Positions 21,928-32,275 of a DNA stretch of 64,000 bases are shown piece by piece. The stretch covers positions 124,001 through 188,000 of the forward strand of contig CBFFRQ010000096.1 in assembly GCA_965644315.1 (NCBI GenBank). Direction: 5' to 3'. Source of the stretch: Caecitellus pseudoparvulus. Its lineage: Eukaryota; Protista; Bigyra: Bicosoecida. The notes below the pieces were generated by a model that was not told the origin of the DNA, did no database searches, and was given only the letters and a program-made list of their open reading frames with translations. Numbering within the stretch: position 1 is the first letter of the stretch; the number at the start of each line of letters is the position of its first letter. Position numbers and translations under genes: made by a program.

Positions 21928-23628
21928 ATGGATGCGAGGGCTCGGGCTGAAGCAACAGTCAAGGCATTCTTGGATGACACCACATTCCCGTCGCTCACTC
22001 CCGGAGTCCCTGTCGCCAAGTACCTGGCCCTTGCTCGCAACGCAGTGCGGGTGGTCGAGGAAGGCACCTTGGTCGTGGGCAAGGCATCCTACATTCGCCT
22101 GTACAAGACGTCGCACTTGCTGATAGCACTTGTGGCCAAACACCCCGACTTTAACAGCCTTCTACTGGAGGACCAGGCATGGGTGCAGTCTGCCGCCGTT
22201 TCAACGCTGGAGCGTGCTGAAGGCATGTTTGAGCAGCTGGTGCAGGCTCAGCTTGCTGCGCCGGCATCGGACCCAGGGGTGGACTTCCTCGCGCGCCTCG
22301 CTGCACTCAAGGGCCAGGCAGCCAGCCCAACGCCTGCCCCTGCCGCTGCCTCTGTGGCGGAGGCAGAGGCGGTTCCGCCGCCCCCCCTGCCCCAGTCAGA
22401 GCACCCCACAGAGGAGCCTGACGCACCAAGCTACGGTGCACTGAGCTCGGAAGCGGCACCCCACGACGAAGCAAGCCTTGCGGCAGTGGAGCCTGTGCAC
22501 GTAGGGCCCAAGCCCCCTACACCTGCTCCAGCTCTGCAGCTTGTGGACATGGCAGACCCTTCGCGATTGGAGCAGTTCTGCCCGCTGCTGGGCTTGCAGA
22601 ACCCAGGCAGCCTTTGCTTCCTGTCTGCGCCGTTGGCTGTGTTGCTGCGCCTGCCATTTACAAATGGGAGGGAAGTCCTGGACATGGGTGCCTCCCCGTC
22701 CATGAGTGCGTCGGCGGGTCAGTGCGCATCGTGGGCAGCGCTAGCCTCTATGGCCAGTGCGATGTCCGCTACGGCGCGCGCCTCCTCGCCCAGCTGCGAG
22801 ATCCCTTCAGCTGTGCTGGACAGGTTGAAGCAAGCGGGGATTCAAGTGCTGGTCGGGGACGAAGGGGATGCCCAGGAGGCCCTGTCTGCTATGCTCCATG
22901 ACTTGTGTGGAGGGCACTGGCGGGGCGGTGGGCCCTACCAGCTCACCACACAGCGCATCTGGTACAAGGCTGACGGCTGCGTGAAGCCGCTGTCTGTGAC
23001 CCCTGATCTCATGCTGCACGTGCCCATCCCTCTGCACTTCCTGACAGGTCCTTCCCACCAAGTGGTGCCGCTGGAGCACTGCATTTCAGAGGCGCTGCAG
23101 CCGCCGACACAGCAGGATGGCGACCGCTTCGTGTCTGTCTTCCGCAGCGTGCCTGACATGCTAGTGGTACACATTCAGCGTGCCGAGGCGCTAGCAGCTG
23201 CCCAGGCCACGCCTGGCATGCACCTCTGCCCCAACCTGCCCTCCAGCGGCCCTGACGTCGCCTGCCCCGACACGCTCACCCTGCCCTGCCCAGGCAGCGA
23301 CGCCGCTGTGTACCGCTTGCGTGCTGTGGTGGCACACCAACGCCTGCAGAGCGGCGGCTTGACTCACGCAGGCGCCGACGCCATGGCCACTGCTGTGGGC
23401 CCCTTCTCGCACCCTGTCGCATCAGTGGTGGTGTCCGGCACGGCCGCGGCGGCTGGCACGGCGACGCTGGACCAGGGTCACTATATGGCGCTGGTGCGGG
23501 AGCCTCACAGCAACGCAGCAGTGCAGTACAACGACTCCAAGGCCCAGTTCTACACCTCCCAGCAAGACGCGGCCACGTCCCCCATGCAGGCCTACCTGGT
23601 CTTCTACGAGCGCCTCGGCGGCAGGTGA
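21928..23628 (+). CDS. Ubiquitin-specific protease (C19) with N-terminal USP8/AMSH-type MIT-like domain
   Basis: Cys box GLQNPGSLCFL, GDAQEAL, YRLRAVVAH, His box GHYMALVR..YNDSK..AYLVFYER. N-terminal KYLALAR..SYIRLYK..LVAKHPDF. Confidence 0.8.
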   Translation: MDARARAEATVKAFLDDTTFPSLTPGVPVAKYLALARNAVRVVEEGTLVVGKASYIRLYKTSHLLIALVAKHPDFNSLLLEDQAWVQSAAVSTLERAEGMFEQLVQAQLAAPASDPGVDFLARLAALKGQAASPTPAPAAASVAEAEAVPPPPLPQSEHPTEEPDAPSYGALSSEAAPHDEASLAAVEPVHVGPKPPTPAPALQLVDMADPSRLEQFCPLLGLQNPGSLCFLSAPLAVLLRLPFTNGREVLDMGASPSMSASAGQCASWAALASMASAMSATARASSPSCEIPSAVLDRLKQAGIQVLVGDEGDAQEALSAMLHDLCGGHWRGGGPYQLTTQRIWYKADGCVKPLSVTPDLMLHVPIPLHFLTGPSHQVVPLEHCISEALQPPTQQDGDRFVSVFRSVPDMLVVHIQRAEALAAAQATPGMHLCPNLPSSGPDVACPDTLTLPCPGSDAAVYRLRAVVAHQRLQSGGLTHAGADAMATAVGPFSHPVASVVVSGTAAAAGTATLDQGHYMALVREPHSNAAVQYNDSKAQFYTSQQDAATSPMQAYLVFYERLGGR

Positions 23629-23634
23629 GCTGGC

Positions 23635-26600
23635 TCAGTGGCCATTCCCACCCAGCGCATCTCGCAGGAGGTACAGGGACTCCTCCAAGCCCACTGGCGG
23701 GATGCCTGTGTCTGGGTCGTGGGCCACCAGCTTCGCACCCACCACGTCGCAGACGACGTTTGCGTAGCGTTTCAGAGGGGGATACAGCAGCGACGCCTTG
23801 GCCATCTTCCGCAGGCAGGGCAGCGCCTCCGACACCTGCTGCGCACCCACCTCAACGCACATTTCCTGCAGCACAGTTGCCAACGCGTGTGCCAGCTCAC
23901 GTGGGTTCTTGGTGGCTTCCACCGCGCCATGCAGCGCGTTCACCTTCAGCGCAGCCGCTGGTGAGGGGTTGCTGGCTGCCGCCACTGCCACCTGCTGCCT
24001 CCACTGCCCGCCGTCGGAGGGGGCGAGGAGGTCTCCCAAGTGCAGTGGTGGGCCCACTTCGTCACCTCCCTTGCTGGGCATGGGCAGCGGAGCAGGCACG
24101 TCCACCAGGGGGTCTTCAATGCACTGCAGTGCGGCCCGCAGCGCGTGCACAGCCTGCGTGTTCTTGCTTGCGAGGCAGCGCTGGTCCCGTTGCGACGGCC
24201 TGGCGCCACGCACACGTTTGCAGTGCAGCGCCCGATCTCGGCAAATCCGCTCACGCGTCGTGGGCGCTTTGCCGCCCGTGCTGGATCGCACGTCTGGCTG
24301 CAGACCAGCTGACCGCATGGTCAGGTACAGCCCCTCTGCCGTGCGCACTGCATCTCGATAGGAGGCTAAGGACACCACGCCGCCTTGCACGGCGTCTGAG
24401 ACGTCCATGTGGCCAGGCGCGGGCACGCCTGCGCCGGCGGTGTCGCCCCCCTTGCTCTCCTGCTGTGCGCTGGAGTGGTGCGGAGCCTCCCACGGCCGCA
24501 CACACGCCGCAAGGCGCTGTCGCCGCCCCTGACCATCGTACCGCACGTTGTACCACTCATAGTGAGGGTGGGGCCAGGGAACGAACGCCTGGCGTGGGCG
24601 AGGCACCAGCCGGCTGGGGATGTCCCCAGCTGCGTCGTGGCTGCCGCACGCCCCCGCCGCACCTGCTCCCGCCTGGGGTCCGACTTCCTCGGGGACAGGG
24701 GATGCTGACAAGGCGGAAGTGCGGTCCGTGGAGTCTGTCTGGGTGCTGACTGTCTCGTCGTGGCCTTGTGCACCCACCATGGCCACTGCCTGCGCAGCTG
24801 CACGGGAGCGGGCGGCGGCCGCCACCGCCTCCTCCGCCGCCTCCCGTGCCGAGTGACTCAAGGCCCTGGCCGCATGCGCATCGACTCGTGGGCCCAGCGC
24901 TGCGGCGATGGGACTCACGGCGCGAGTTGCACCCCCTTGCACCCCCCCCTCGGCCTCTTCGCCGTCCGGGCCGCCTTCCCTCGCTGGCTGCTCACTGTGC
25001 ACAACCGTCCGGCGTTGCTGCTCGCCGTACTTTTTCAGCAAGTACTGGATGCCGGGGCTTCCTGGCTGTCCCGAAGGGTGCGCCTGCCGTGTGCTCCGTA
25101 CAGTGGGCCCACCGCGTAAGGCTGGTACAGGGCTTCCCAAGCTGTGGGAGGCAGTGTGCATGGGAGGATAGGACGCGTGTTGGCTGGTGCGGTAAGTTGC
25201 AGGGCGGCCGCCAAGGGACCTGAGGCCCACGCCAACATCGACGGTGGCATCAGAACCCTGCAGCAGCTCCTGCCCCGCATACTGCCCACTGCGTGCCTGG
25301 CTGGCAGCGCCCTGCAGCAGCTCCTGCCCCGCATACTGCCCACTGCGTGCCTGGCTGGCAGCGCCCTGCAGCAGCTCCTGCCCCGCATACTGCCCACTGC
25401 GTGCCTGGCTGGCAGCGCCCTGCAGCAGCTCCTGCCCCGCATACTGCCCACTGCGTGCCTGGCTGGCAGTGCCCTGCAGCAGCTCCTGCCCCGCATGCTG
25501 CCCACTGCGTGCCTGGCTGGCAGCGCCCTGCACCAGCTCCTGCCCCGCATACTGCCCACTGCGTGCCTGGCTGGCAGCGCCCTGCACCAGCTCCTGCCCC
25601 GCATACTGCCCACTGCGTGCCTGGCTGGCAGTGTCCTGCAGCAGCTCCTGCCCCGCATACTGCCCACTGCGTGCCTGGCTGGCAGCGCCCTGCAGCAGCT
25701 CCTGCCCCGCATACTGCCCACTGCGTGCCTGGCTGGCAGCGCCCTGCAGCAGCTCCTGCCCCGCATACTGCCCACTGCGTGCCTGGCTGGCAGTGCCCTG
25801 CAGCAGCTCCTGCCCCGCATACTGCCCACTGCGTGCCTGGCTGGCAGTGCCCTGCAGCAGCTCCTGCCCCGCATACTGCCCACTGCGTGCCTGGCTGGCA
25901 GTGCCCTGCAGCAGCTCCTGCCCCGCATACTGCCCACTGCGTGCCTGGCTGGCAGCGCCCTGCAGCAGCTCCTGCCCCGCATACTGCCCACTGCGTGCCT
26001 GGCTGGCAGTGTCCTGGAAGAAGCTAAGCGGCGCATAGTGCTGGGATTCAGGCGTGTCTCCGTCGGTATCCGGACTGCCACCCTCGTGGCCCCCATGCTG
26101 GTGGGAGGAGGAGGAGCAGGAGTCGGGCCCGGGGCTCAAGCTGTGCTCGGAGAACGAGCTGGCGTCGTCAGACTGCTCCTCAGCAACAGAGTGCACACCC
26201 CGGAGGTGCTCGGGTGTGCCCTCATCCGAAGGGGGAGCTGGTCGCAGAGGGGACATGCCAGGCGGCGGAGGGGGCGTGGGAGTGCTCACGGACGAGGCGG
26301 TTTGCGGCCCCTGCCCAGCGAGGTGGGCTGAGGAGGCGACAGAGGAGCCTGACACGGAAGTCATGGCGGCCATGGCTGCTTGGAGCTGTGCGTGCTCCTG
26401 CTGAAGCTGGCGGTACAGCGCGTCGTTGGTCGCGATTTGCCCGCGCAGCTGTGCTTCCGCACTCTGGGCGGCTCGCAGGTGGGACAGGGAGGCGGCGAGG
26501 GCGGAGGAGGTGGCCTCGGTGCCAGAAACCTGTGACTGGGACTCAGTACTGGCCTGGTGGCTGCCTTGCTTCGGGTGGGTGGACGCAGGCTGGCTTGGCG

Positions 26601-26943
26601 CCATTGCAGCGGAGAGGGCTGCTTCGAAGGATGTGGTGGAGCCGGGCGGTGCCGTGGAAGAAGAGGCACCCACGCCCACCTCCATGGTGCGCGGAGGTGT
26701 GGAGTCATAGGAAATGTGGGAGGCTGTCGGCTCGCCGGGGTGTGGTGGCAGGCCCAGCGCCACGCTGTCCCAGCTGATGTCTCCACTGCTCTGGCTAGCG
26801 CCAGTGACACTGGCAGGGGCTGCACGAGGAGTGCGGGCGCGCACGCGGGGAGTGTCCACATCAGGAGCGTCAGATTGAGGGGATAAAGATCGCATCACTG
26901 CTGTGCGTGCAGCGTGGAGGAAGGGAAAGTCGTACGTCGCCAT
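23635..26943 (-). CDS. 1102-aa low-complexity protein with coiled coil, 14x18-aa repeat and Cep70-like C-terminal segment
   Basis: Single long ORF. C-terminal TRERICRDRALH and LQEMCVEVGAQQVSEALPCLRKMAKASLLYPPLKRYANVVCDVV recall Cep70-family helical motifs (tentative). Confidence 0.6.
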   Translation of the reverse strand: MATYDFPFLHAARTAVMRSLSPQSDAPDVDTPRVRARTPRAAPASVTGASQSSGDISWDSVALGLPPHPGEPTASHISYDSTPPRTMEVGVGASSSTAPPGSTTSFEAALSAAMAPSQPASTHPKQGSHQASTESQSQVSGTEATSSALAASLSHLRAAQSAEAQLRGQIATNDALYRQLQQEHAQLQAAMAAMTSVSGSSVASSAHLAGQGPQTASSVSTPTPPPPPGMSPLRPAPPSDEGTPEHLRGVHSVAEEQSDDASSFSEHSLSPGPDSCSSSSHQHGGHEGGSPDTDGDTPESQHYAPLSFFQDTASQARSGQYAGQELLQGAASQARSGQYAGQELLQGTASQARSGQYAGQELLQGTASQARSGQYAGQELLQGTASQARSGQYAGQELLQGAASQARSGQYAGQELLQGAASQARSGQYAGQELLQDTASQARSGQYAGQELVQGAASQARSGQYAGQELVQGAASQARSGQHAGQELLQGTASQARSGQYAGQELLQGAASQARSGQYAGQELLQGAASQARSGQYAGQELLQGAASQARSGQYAGQELLQGSDATVDVGVGLRSLGGRPATYRTSQHASYPPMHTASHSLGSPVPALRGGPTVRSTRQAHPSGQPGSPGIQYLLKKYGEQQRRTVVHSEQPAREGGPDGEEAEGGVQGGATRAVSPIAAALGPRVDAHAARALSHSAREAAEEAVAAAARSRAAAQAVAMVGAQGHDETVSTQTDSTDRTSALSASPVPEEVGPQAGAGAAGACGSHDAAGDIPSRLVPRPRQAFVPWPHPHYEWYNVRYDGQGRRQRLAACVRPWEAPHHSSAQQESKGGDTAGAGVPAPGHMDVSDAVQGGVVSLASYRDAVRTAEGLYLTMRSAGLQPDVRSSTGGKAPTTRERICRDRALHCKRVRGARPSQRDQRCLASKNTQAVHALRAALQCIEDPLVDVPAPLPMPSKGGDEVGPPLHLGDLLAPSDGGQWRQQVAVAAASNPSPAAALKVNALHGAVEATKNPRELAHALATVLQEMCVEVGAQQVSEALPCLRKMAKASLLYPPLKRYANVVCDVVGAKLVAHDPDTGIPPVGLEESLYLLRDALGGNGH
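25258..26013 (-). repeat. Coding minisatellite, 14 x 54 bp (GAASQARSGQYAGQELLQ)
   Basis: Fourteen near-identical head-to-tail units with no spacers. Variants occur only at a few positions (G/D, A/T, L/V, Y/H). Confidence 0.97.
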
Positions 26944-27096
26944 GTTGGCGGGCGTTGCGGTAATCGCTTCAGCCCACGATCACGCCGCGCGGTTTGGACG
27001 AGCCCGTGCGAAGTTGACGGAGGAAGTGGGCGGCGCGCAAGTCAGGGAGGGAATATGCACACACGCTTTGAGAGTTCATGGACGTGTCGTTGCGCA

Positions 27097-28421
27097 TCAT
27101 TTGGATTTGCGTGAGCTGCCCTTGCTGCTCTTGGATCCCTTGCTCCTGGGCGTGGAGGGTGTGGACGCGGCGGCCTCTTCTGCAGGGGGGGCGAGCGTCT
27201 TCTGCACGGTCAAGTTCCCCGTGCGCATTTCCCACGTGTCCCCCTTGGGCACTGCTAGAGCCCCTGTGGCGATGAGGGTGTGCCGAAGCACGCCCGAAGG
27301 CGCGTCGTGCCCACCCTCACCTGTGCCTTCACCGTCGTCCTCGTCATCACTGCTGTCTGCAGCACCGCCTGGATTCAGGGACTTGATGGCTGCAATGTCT
27401 TCTGCCAGCACCTCTGCCCTCCGCCGCTGCGCAAGGGTCATGGCTGAGAGAGTTGGCGGGCGCTGCGTTTCGGCACGCGCTGGCGAATCAAGGCCGAGGA
27501 TGGCGCTGCGGACGAGGGTGGTGGAGGGGTTGTGACCTCGTTTGGGTCGGCCCCACTCAGTTTGGTCGAAGGGGATCCACGGCTTGGTCAACCTGCGCAA
27601 GGGGGGGGGGGGGCGGCGGCATAGCGTGCCGCTAATGCACAGCACATTTGGGCGCGTTGCAACGCACCCGGAAGCTGCGCCAGGCACCGTGGCTCCCGCC
27701 TTGAAGTAGCCAGGCGTGTACTCGATGGCTGCGATGGCAGTGTCCCCCGGTTTTGCCATGCCGATGCCGTTGCGCGTCGTGGCAAAGTCCAGCGGGTCAA
27801 TGCGGCGTTTCCGCGCCATGCCGTCCTCCACGCCGTACTCCTTTGAGGCCCGCCAACGCACGTTGACGCCGTCAGGCCCGCGCACGCGGCCCTTTTTCGG
27901 CAGACTTTCCATGGGGTCGTACACGCCATGGTCCACCTGCTGCCCAGGCGGGTTGGCCACGGCACGCTTGCCGGGCCTCCACTGCGCTACTGGTGCCGAG
28001 GTGGAGTGCGCCAGAAGGTCCCTGTCGGAGGGGGCGGCGGCGTGGACCCCCTGCGCTGCAAATACAGACGCTGGAACGGTGCCTGTGACGCGTGACTCGG
28101 GCAGCTGCATCTGGATGGGCCGCCTGTGTGGCTTGTACTCCAGAGCTGGCCTGGTCAGTGCAGGCCCAGCACCCAGTCCCTCAGGAGGTACCAGGCGCTG
28201 GCCTGGCTCAGGGGCACGGCGCAGGCCACGACGGAAAACTTGCGGCTCAGGAACTGCCTCGCCGCCGTGGATGAGCGCCTTGGCACCACTGCCGTCGTGC
28301 GGCGCCCCAGCAGCATCTGCGGCAACGCGACTTTGGTGCAACTCAGCGCGACACAGACGACGAGAGGGCGCAACGCACGTTGACTGCCGACGGTAAATGC
28401 ACCCAATGCTTCAGCAGCCAT
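27097..28421 (-). CDS. SPATS1/SASRP1-like putative ciliary/centrosomal protein, 3 exons
   Basis: Introns 28317-28378 and 27593-27667. RNGIGMAKPGDTAIAAIEYTPGYFKAG and RRRAEVLAEDIAAIKSLN resemble SPATS1 motifs RNGI...PGD..Y...E....F.KAG and EI.EV..LD. Confidence 0.6.
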
Positions 28422-28682
28422 GCTGGACTGCTAGCCTTGGCGCTTGAATCCCAGCGTGCGCCGCCGTGGGCTCTGTCGCTGCTGCGGTTTCTGGACCAAT
28501 TACCGCAGCTGCCACAGCGGGTGGGGGCAGAGGCTCTTATGCATAGGACAGCTTCAAAGCAGGTTCCATAGTATAAGACTAGCATGAATTTTGGGGGAGG
28601 CATTTTTCCTTCTGGCACGGCACGGCCAGGTCCGCCATGCCCGAAGGGAAAGCACTCCAACCTTTGCCACTTACTTCATTGC

Positions 28683-29233
28683 TCAGACCCCACCAGGGCC
28701 TGCCGCCCCCCCCACGCTGCAAAGGACGTCGGCTGTGTGTCGTTGTGCTGCGGCATGTGCTCCTAATGCGTCGCGCAGCTGGCTCTCAGCCTGCACAGCT
28801 GCGCAGAGGGACGCGGGCAGGAAGGGGCAGTGCGCCACAGGAGGGAGAGGTTGTGCGGAAGGCAAGACGCCGCACCCATGTGAATGGTCTCTTTGAGGGA
28901 CTTGGCCATCTTCTCTTGCTGATCTGGGCCAAGAAGTCGGTCCCGGCGCATGGCGCACAGGTCCACCATGAGGTCCGAAGCCGGGCAGTCCTGCAACAAG
29001 CCGCGGGGAGACACTGAAGCAACATGGGAGGGAGCACGTTTGACGGCTGAGCACACACATCATCATCATGCACGACGCGCTGCACGAGGTCATGCACGTC
29101 CTGTTTGCTGTTCAGTGTGGCCAGCGTTACGGCCTGAAACGCTGCGAAGCAGGTCCAAGCAAAGGGCTGCTGAAGGGGAGCATTCCAGGAGCGTGCACGA
29201 CAATGCCGCACCCTTTGCAGCATTGGAGGCCAT
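28683..29233 (-). CDS. Hidden 111-aa helical protein of unknown function, 4 exons
   Basis: Exons 29233-29212, 29141-29059, 28990-28876, 28798-28683. Three GT-AG introns (70, 68, 77 nt) with matching phases give one open frame from ATG to TGA. Confidence 0.7.
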
Positions 29234-29678
29234 TGTGTGGTTCGAACGGGGTTGGGCCTTGGCTCTGGGGCGTCAACGTGGCAGGGTCCTTCCCTGGCAG
29301 GAGCCAGGCTGATACACCCCACAAACAAGCCTGGTGGGGGCGAAGCCGAAGCACTGTACAGCTGGGAGCCGCACAGCAGCATTCACATGCATGCAGGCCT
29401 TCGGCGCTCCATTCTTTATCGGCCAGGAAGTGTGCATCGATGAGCCACCTGCCACAACGCAGGCAAGGCCCACCTGACTGCAGCTCTGCTGACCCCCCTC
29501 CCCCCCCCAATGTCGGTGGGGCGGCAGGAGCCAGGAAACGTTCGCCCCAAACACTTCACAAATCTACGAATCCACTCCCCCCGCTGTCCCGCACGTGCCT
29601 CCTTGCGCGTGTCCCGGTAGTGCCTGTTGGCCTTGGCGTGGTGGCAGTAGCCGCAACCCCCAAACCCAGCCCTCCACT

Positions 29679-32093
29679 ATGGCCGCCGAAGGTGGCGTGT
29701 CCGCCCAGGTGGCGATCAACATCGGCTTTGATGCCGATGTGGCCTCAAAGCTTGTGGCTGCTTTCAAGAGCACTGACGCAGACGGCTCTGGCTTCGTTGA
29801 CAACCATGAGGTACGTCCGCGCCACGCCACACCTCCGCCAGCAAGGGCTCGTTCCCCCGGGGCCCTGGTCGCGGTTCGGTGCCCGGCCAGGATTCCTGGA
29901 GGACCATGTTTGTTGCCCCTTGCCGCCTTGAGGCAGCCCTGGCGCTGCGCATGGCGGGCGACGTGGTCGAGCTGTCAGCTCACAAGTGCACCTTGCGCCC
30001 GCAGGTTGTGGCCCTGTTCAAGGAGCTGGGCAAGGACGTGACGCAGGCGGAGGCGGACGCCATGATCGCTGACGTGGACGTGAACTCAGATGGCAAGGTT
30101 TCCTTCGATGAGTTCTGCGTGGTGCGTGTTTCCAGGCCGCAGAAGCCGGCTTCGGCCTGGGGCAGTGCCTTTCAAGGTCCTCCGCCACGACAGCACCCAG
30201 CACGCGCTGCCCGCGCCCCTGCCTGCAGATGTTCGGCAAGGCCGAAGGCACTGGCCTGCGTGAAGCTGTGTCCAAGCGCCACGGTGAGCTGCAGAAGATC
30301 AAGGGCGCCGTGGGCGAGCACTCCTACTCCGAGGAGGAGAAGGTGAGCAGATGCAACGCGATGCTGCTTCCGCAAGGCAGCCTTGCACCTTTGTCTCCGC
30401 GCCGCCTGCCTCCCCTGCGCAGTGGGCATTCACCCAGCACTTCAACTTCACGTTCGAGGAGGACAAGTACCTGACTGAGAAGGGCATCGTGCCCATGGAG
30501 CCGGACAGCATGGAGCTGTTCAGCCACATCTCCGACGGCATCATGCTGGCCAAGTTCATCAACCTGGCCAAGAAGGACACCCTGGACGAGCGCGCCCTGA
30601 ACTACCCCAAGCGCCGCGCCCTGAACAAGTGGGAGAAGACGGAGAACTTGAACGTCGTCATCAACTCCGCCAAGGCCATCGGCTGCACCGTGGTGAACCT
30701 GCACGCTTCCGACCTGGAGTCAGCTGCCGGCAAGGAGTACCTGGTGCTGGGCCTGCTGTGGCAGCTGGTGAAGATCCAGCTGCTCTCCCTCATCAACATC
30801 AAGGAGTGCCCCGAGCTGGTCAAGCTGCTGGAGGACGACGAGACCCTGGAGGACCTGCTGGCGCTGCCGCCTGAGGACATCCTGCTGCGGTGGATCAACT
30901 ACCACATGGCCAAGCAGGAGTGCCCCCGCCGCGCCAAGAACTTCACCAAGGACCTGAAGGACGGCGAGATCTACGCCAACCTCCTGCACAGCATCACGCC
31001 CGAGCTGGACGAGTGCAACAAGGACAAGCTCATGGCCGTCTCCGGTCGGGACCGCGCCGCCGGCGTCATCGCTGGTGCTGGCGCCCAGGGTGTGCGCAGC
31101 ATCATCCAGCCCACCGACATCGTCAAGGGCAACAAGCGCCTGAACCTGGCCTTCTGCGCCCAGATCTTCAACAACAACCACGGCCTGGGCGAGCTGACGG
31201 AGGAGGAGAAGGAGCTCCTGCGCGTGGGTCTGCCCGACGACGCCGAGAGCGACGCCCGCGAGGAGCGCGTCTTCCGCATGTGGATGAACTCCCTGAACCT
31301 GCAGGACGGCAGCCTGTACATCAACAGCCTCTTCGACGGCTGCCTGGTGGACGGCCTGTACCTGCTGGAGGCGGAGGACAAGGTGGAGCCCGGCTCCGTG
31401 GACTGGAAGAAGGTGCAGAAGAAGAAGAAGGGCAAGCCCCTGAACAAGATCGTCGCGGTGCAGAACTGCAACCAGGCCGTCACTGTGGGCAAGGACCTCG
31501 GCTGCTCCCTCGTCGGCATCGGCGGCGTGGACATCAACGCCAACAACCGCAAGCTCATCCTGGCCCTCGTCTGGCAGCTCATGCGCAAGCAGGTGCTCAA
31601 GCTGCTGCGCGGCCCCGACGGCAAGGACAAGGCCGAGGCCGATGTCCTGCGCTGGGCCAACGGCGCCGTCAAGGAGCTCCTGGCCAAGGAGCTGCCTGAG
31701 CGGTCCCCCGTGAAGGACCCCTCCGACGAGGAGGAGGTGGCTGCCCGGGATGCCGCCGACGGCCTGCTGTCTGCGCACTCCAAGGTGAAGAACTTCACCG
31801 ACGCAAGCATCTCCAACGGCCTCTTCCTCCTGAACGTCGTGAAGACCATCAAGCCCGAGGCCGTCGACCCCGCCCTCGTGCTGCCCGGTGCCGACGAGGA
31901 GGAGGCCAAGCAGAACCTGCGCTACTTCCTCACCCTGGCCCGTGCCATGGACGCGCAGATCTTCTGCACCTGGGAGGACCTGTACGAGGTGAAGAAGAAG
32001 ATGGTCTTCATCACCATCGCCTCCGTGCAGCTGGCCGCCGAGGCCCACGCAGGCATCAGCACCACCACTGCTGCCGCTGCCGCCGCCGAGTGA
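29679..32093 (+). CDS. FIM: Fimbrin/plastin (2 EF-hands + 4 CH domains), 4 exons
   Basis: Introns 29811-30004, 30122-30228, 30343-30422. HSYSEEEK, ENLNVVINSAKAIGCTVVN, LVLGLLWQLVK, LPPEDILLRWINYH, REERVFRMWMNSL and LILALVWQLMR. Strong GC3 codon bias. Confidence 0.97.
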
Positions 32094-32162
32094 GCGCGCC
32101 CCCCTTCCTCCCCTCTCTCAACGCATGGCCACGTGCACAGGGGCTTGCCTCACCGCTGTGGA

Positions 32163-32170
32163 AATGCATT
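32163..32170. terminator. Palindromic AATGCATT in the convergent gap downstream of fimbrin
   Basis: Exact copy of the motif at 10248 and 50597. Function is inferred. Confidence 0.3.
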
Positions 32171-32275
32171 GCTCAACCTCTTCTCCCAGCTTCTTCCTCG
32201 TTCGGGCGCTTGCAAGGCATGCAAGTTTCGTGTGAAGCGCTGCTGTCCCTGCTCTCCGACAGCGCGGGGCGAAAT

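Noticed and set aside
25258-26013. Possible CRISPR array, or overlapping genes in several frames
   Set aside because: Units are contiguous with no unique spacers and no cas genes, in a eukaryotic context. Other frames are open only because the unit contains no stop triplet.
27601-27613. Poly-G run
   Set aside because: It is the polypyrimidine tract of a minus-strand intron (27593-27667).
30720-32048. Long antisense ORFs over fimbrin
   Set aside because: Shadow ORFs from extreme GC3 codon bias; no recognisable protein features.
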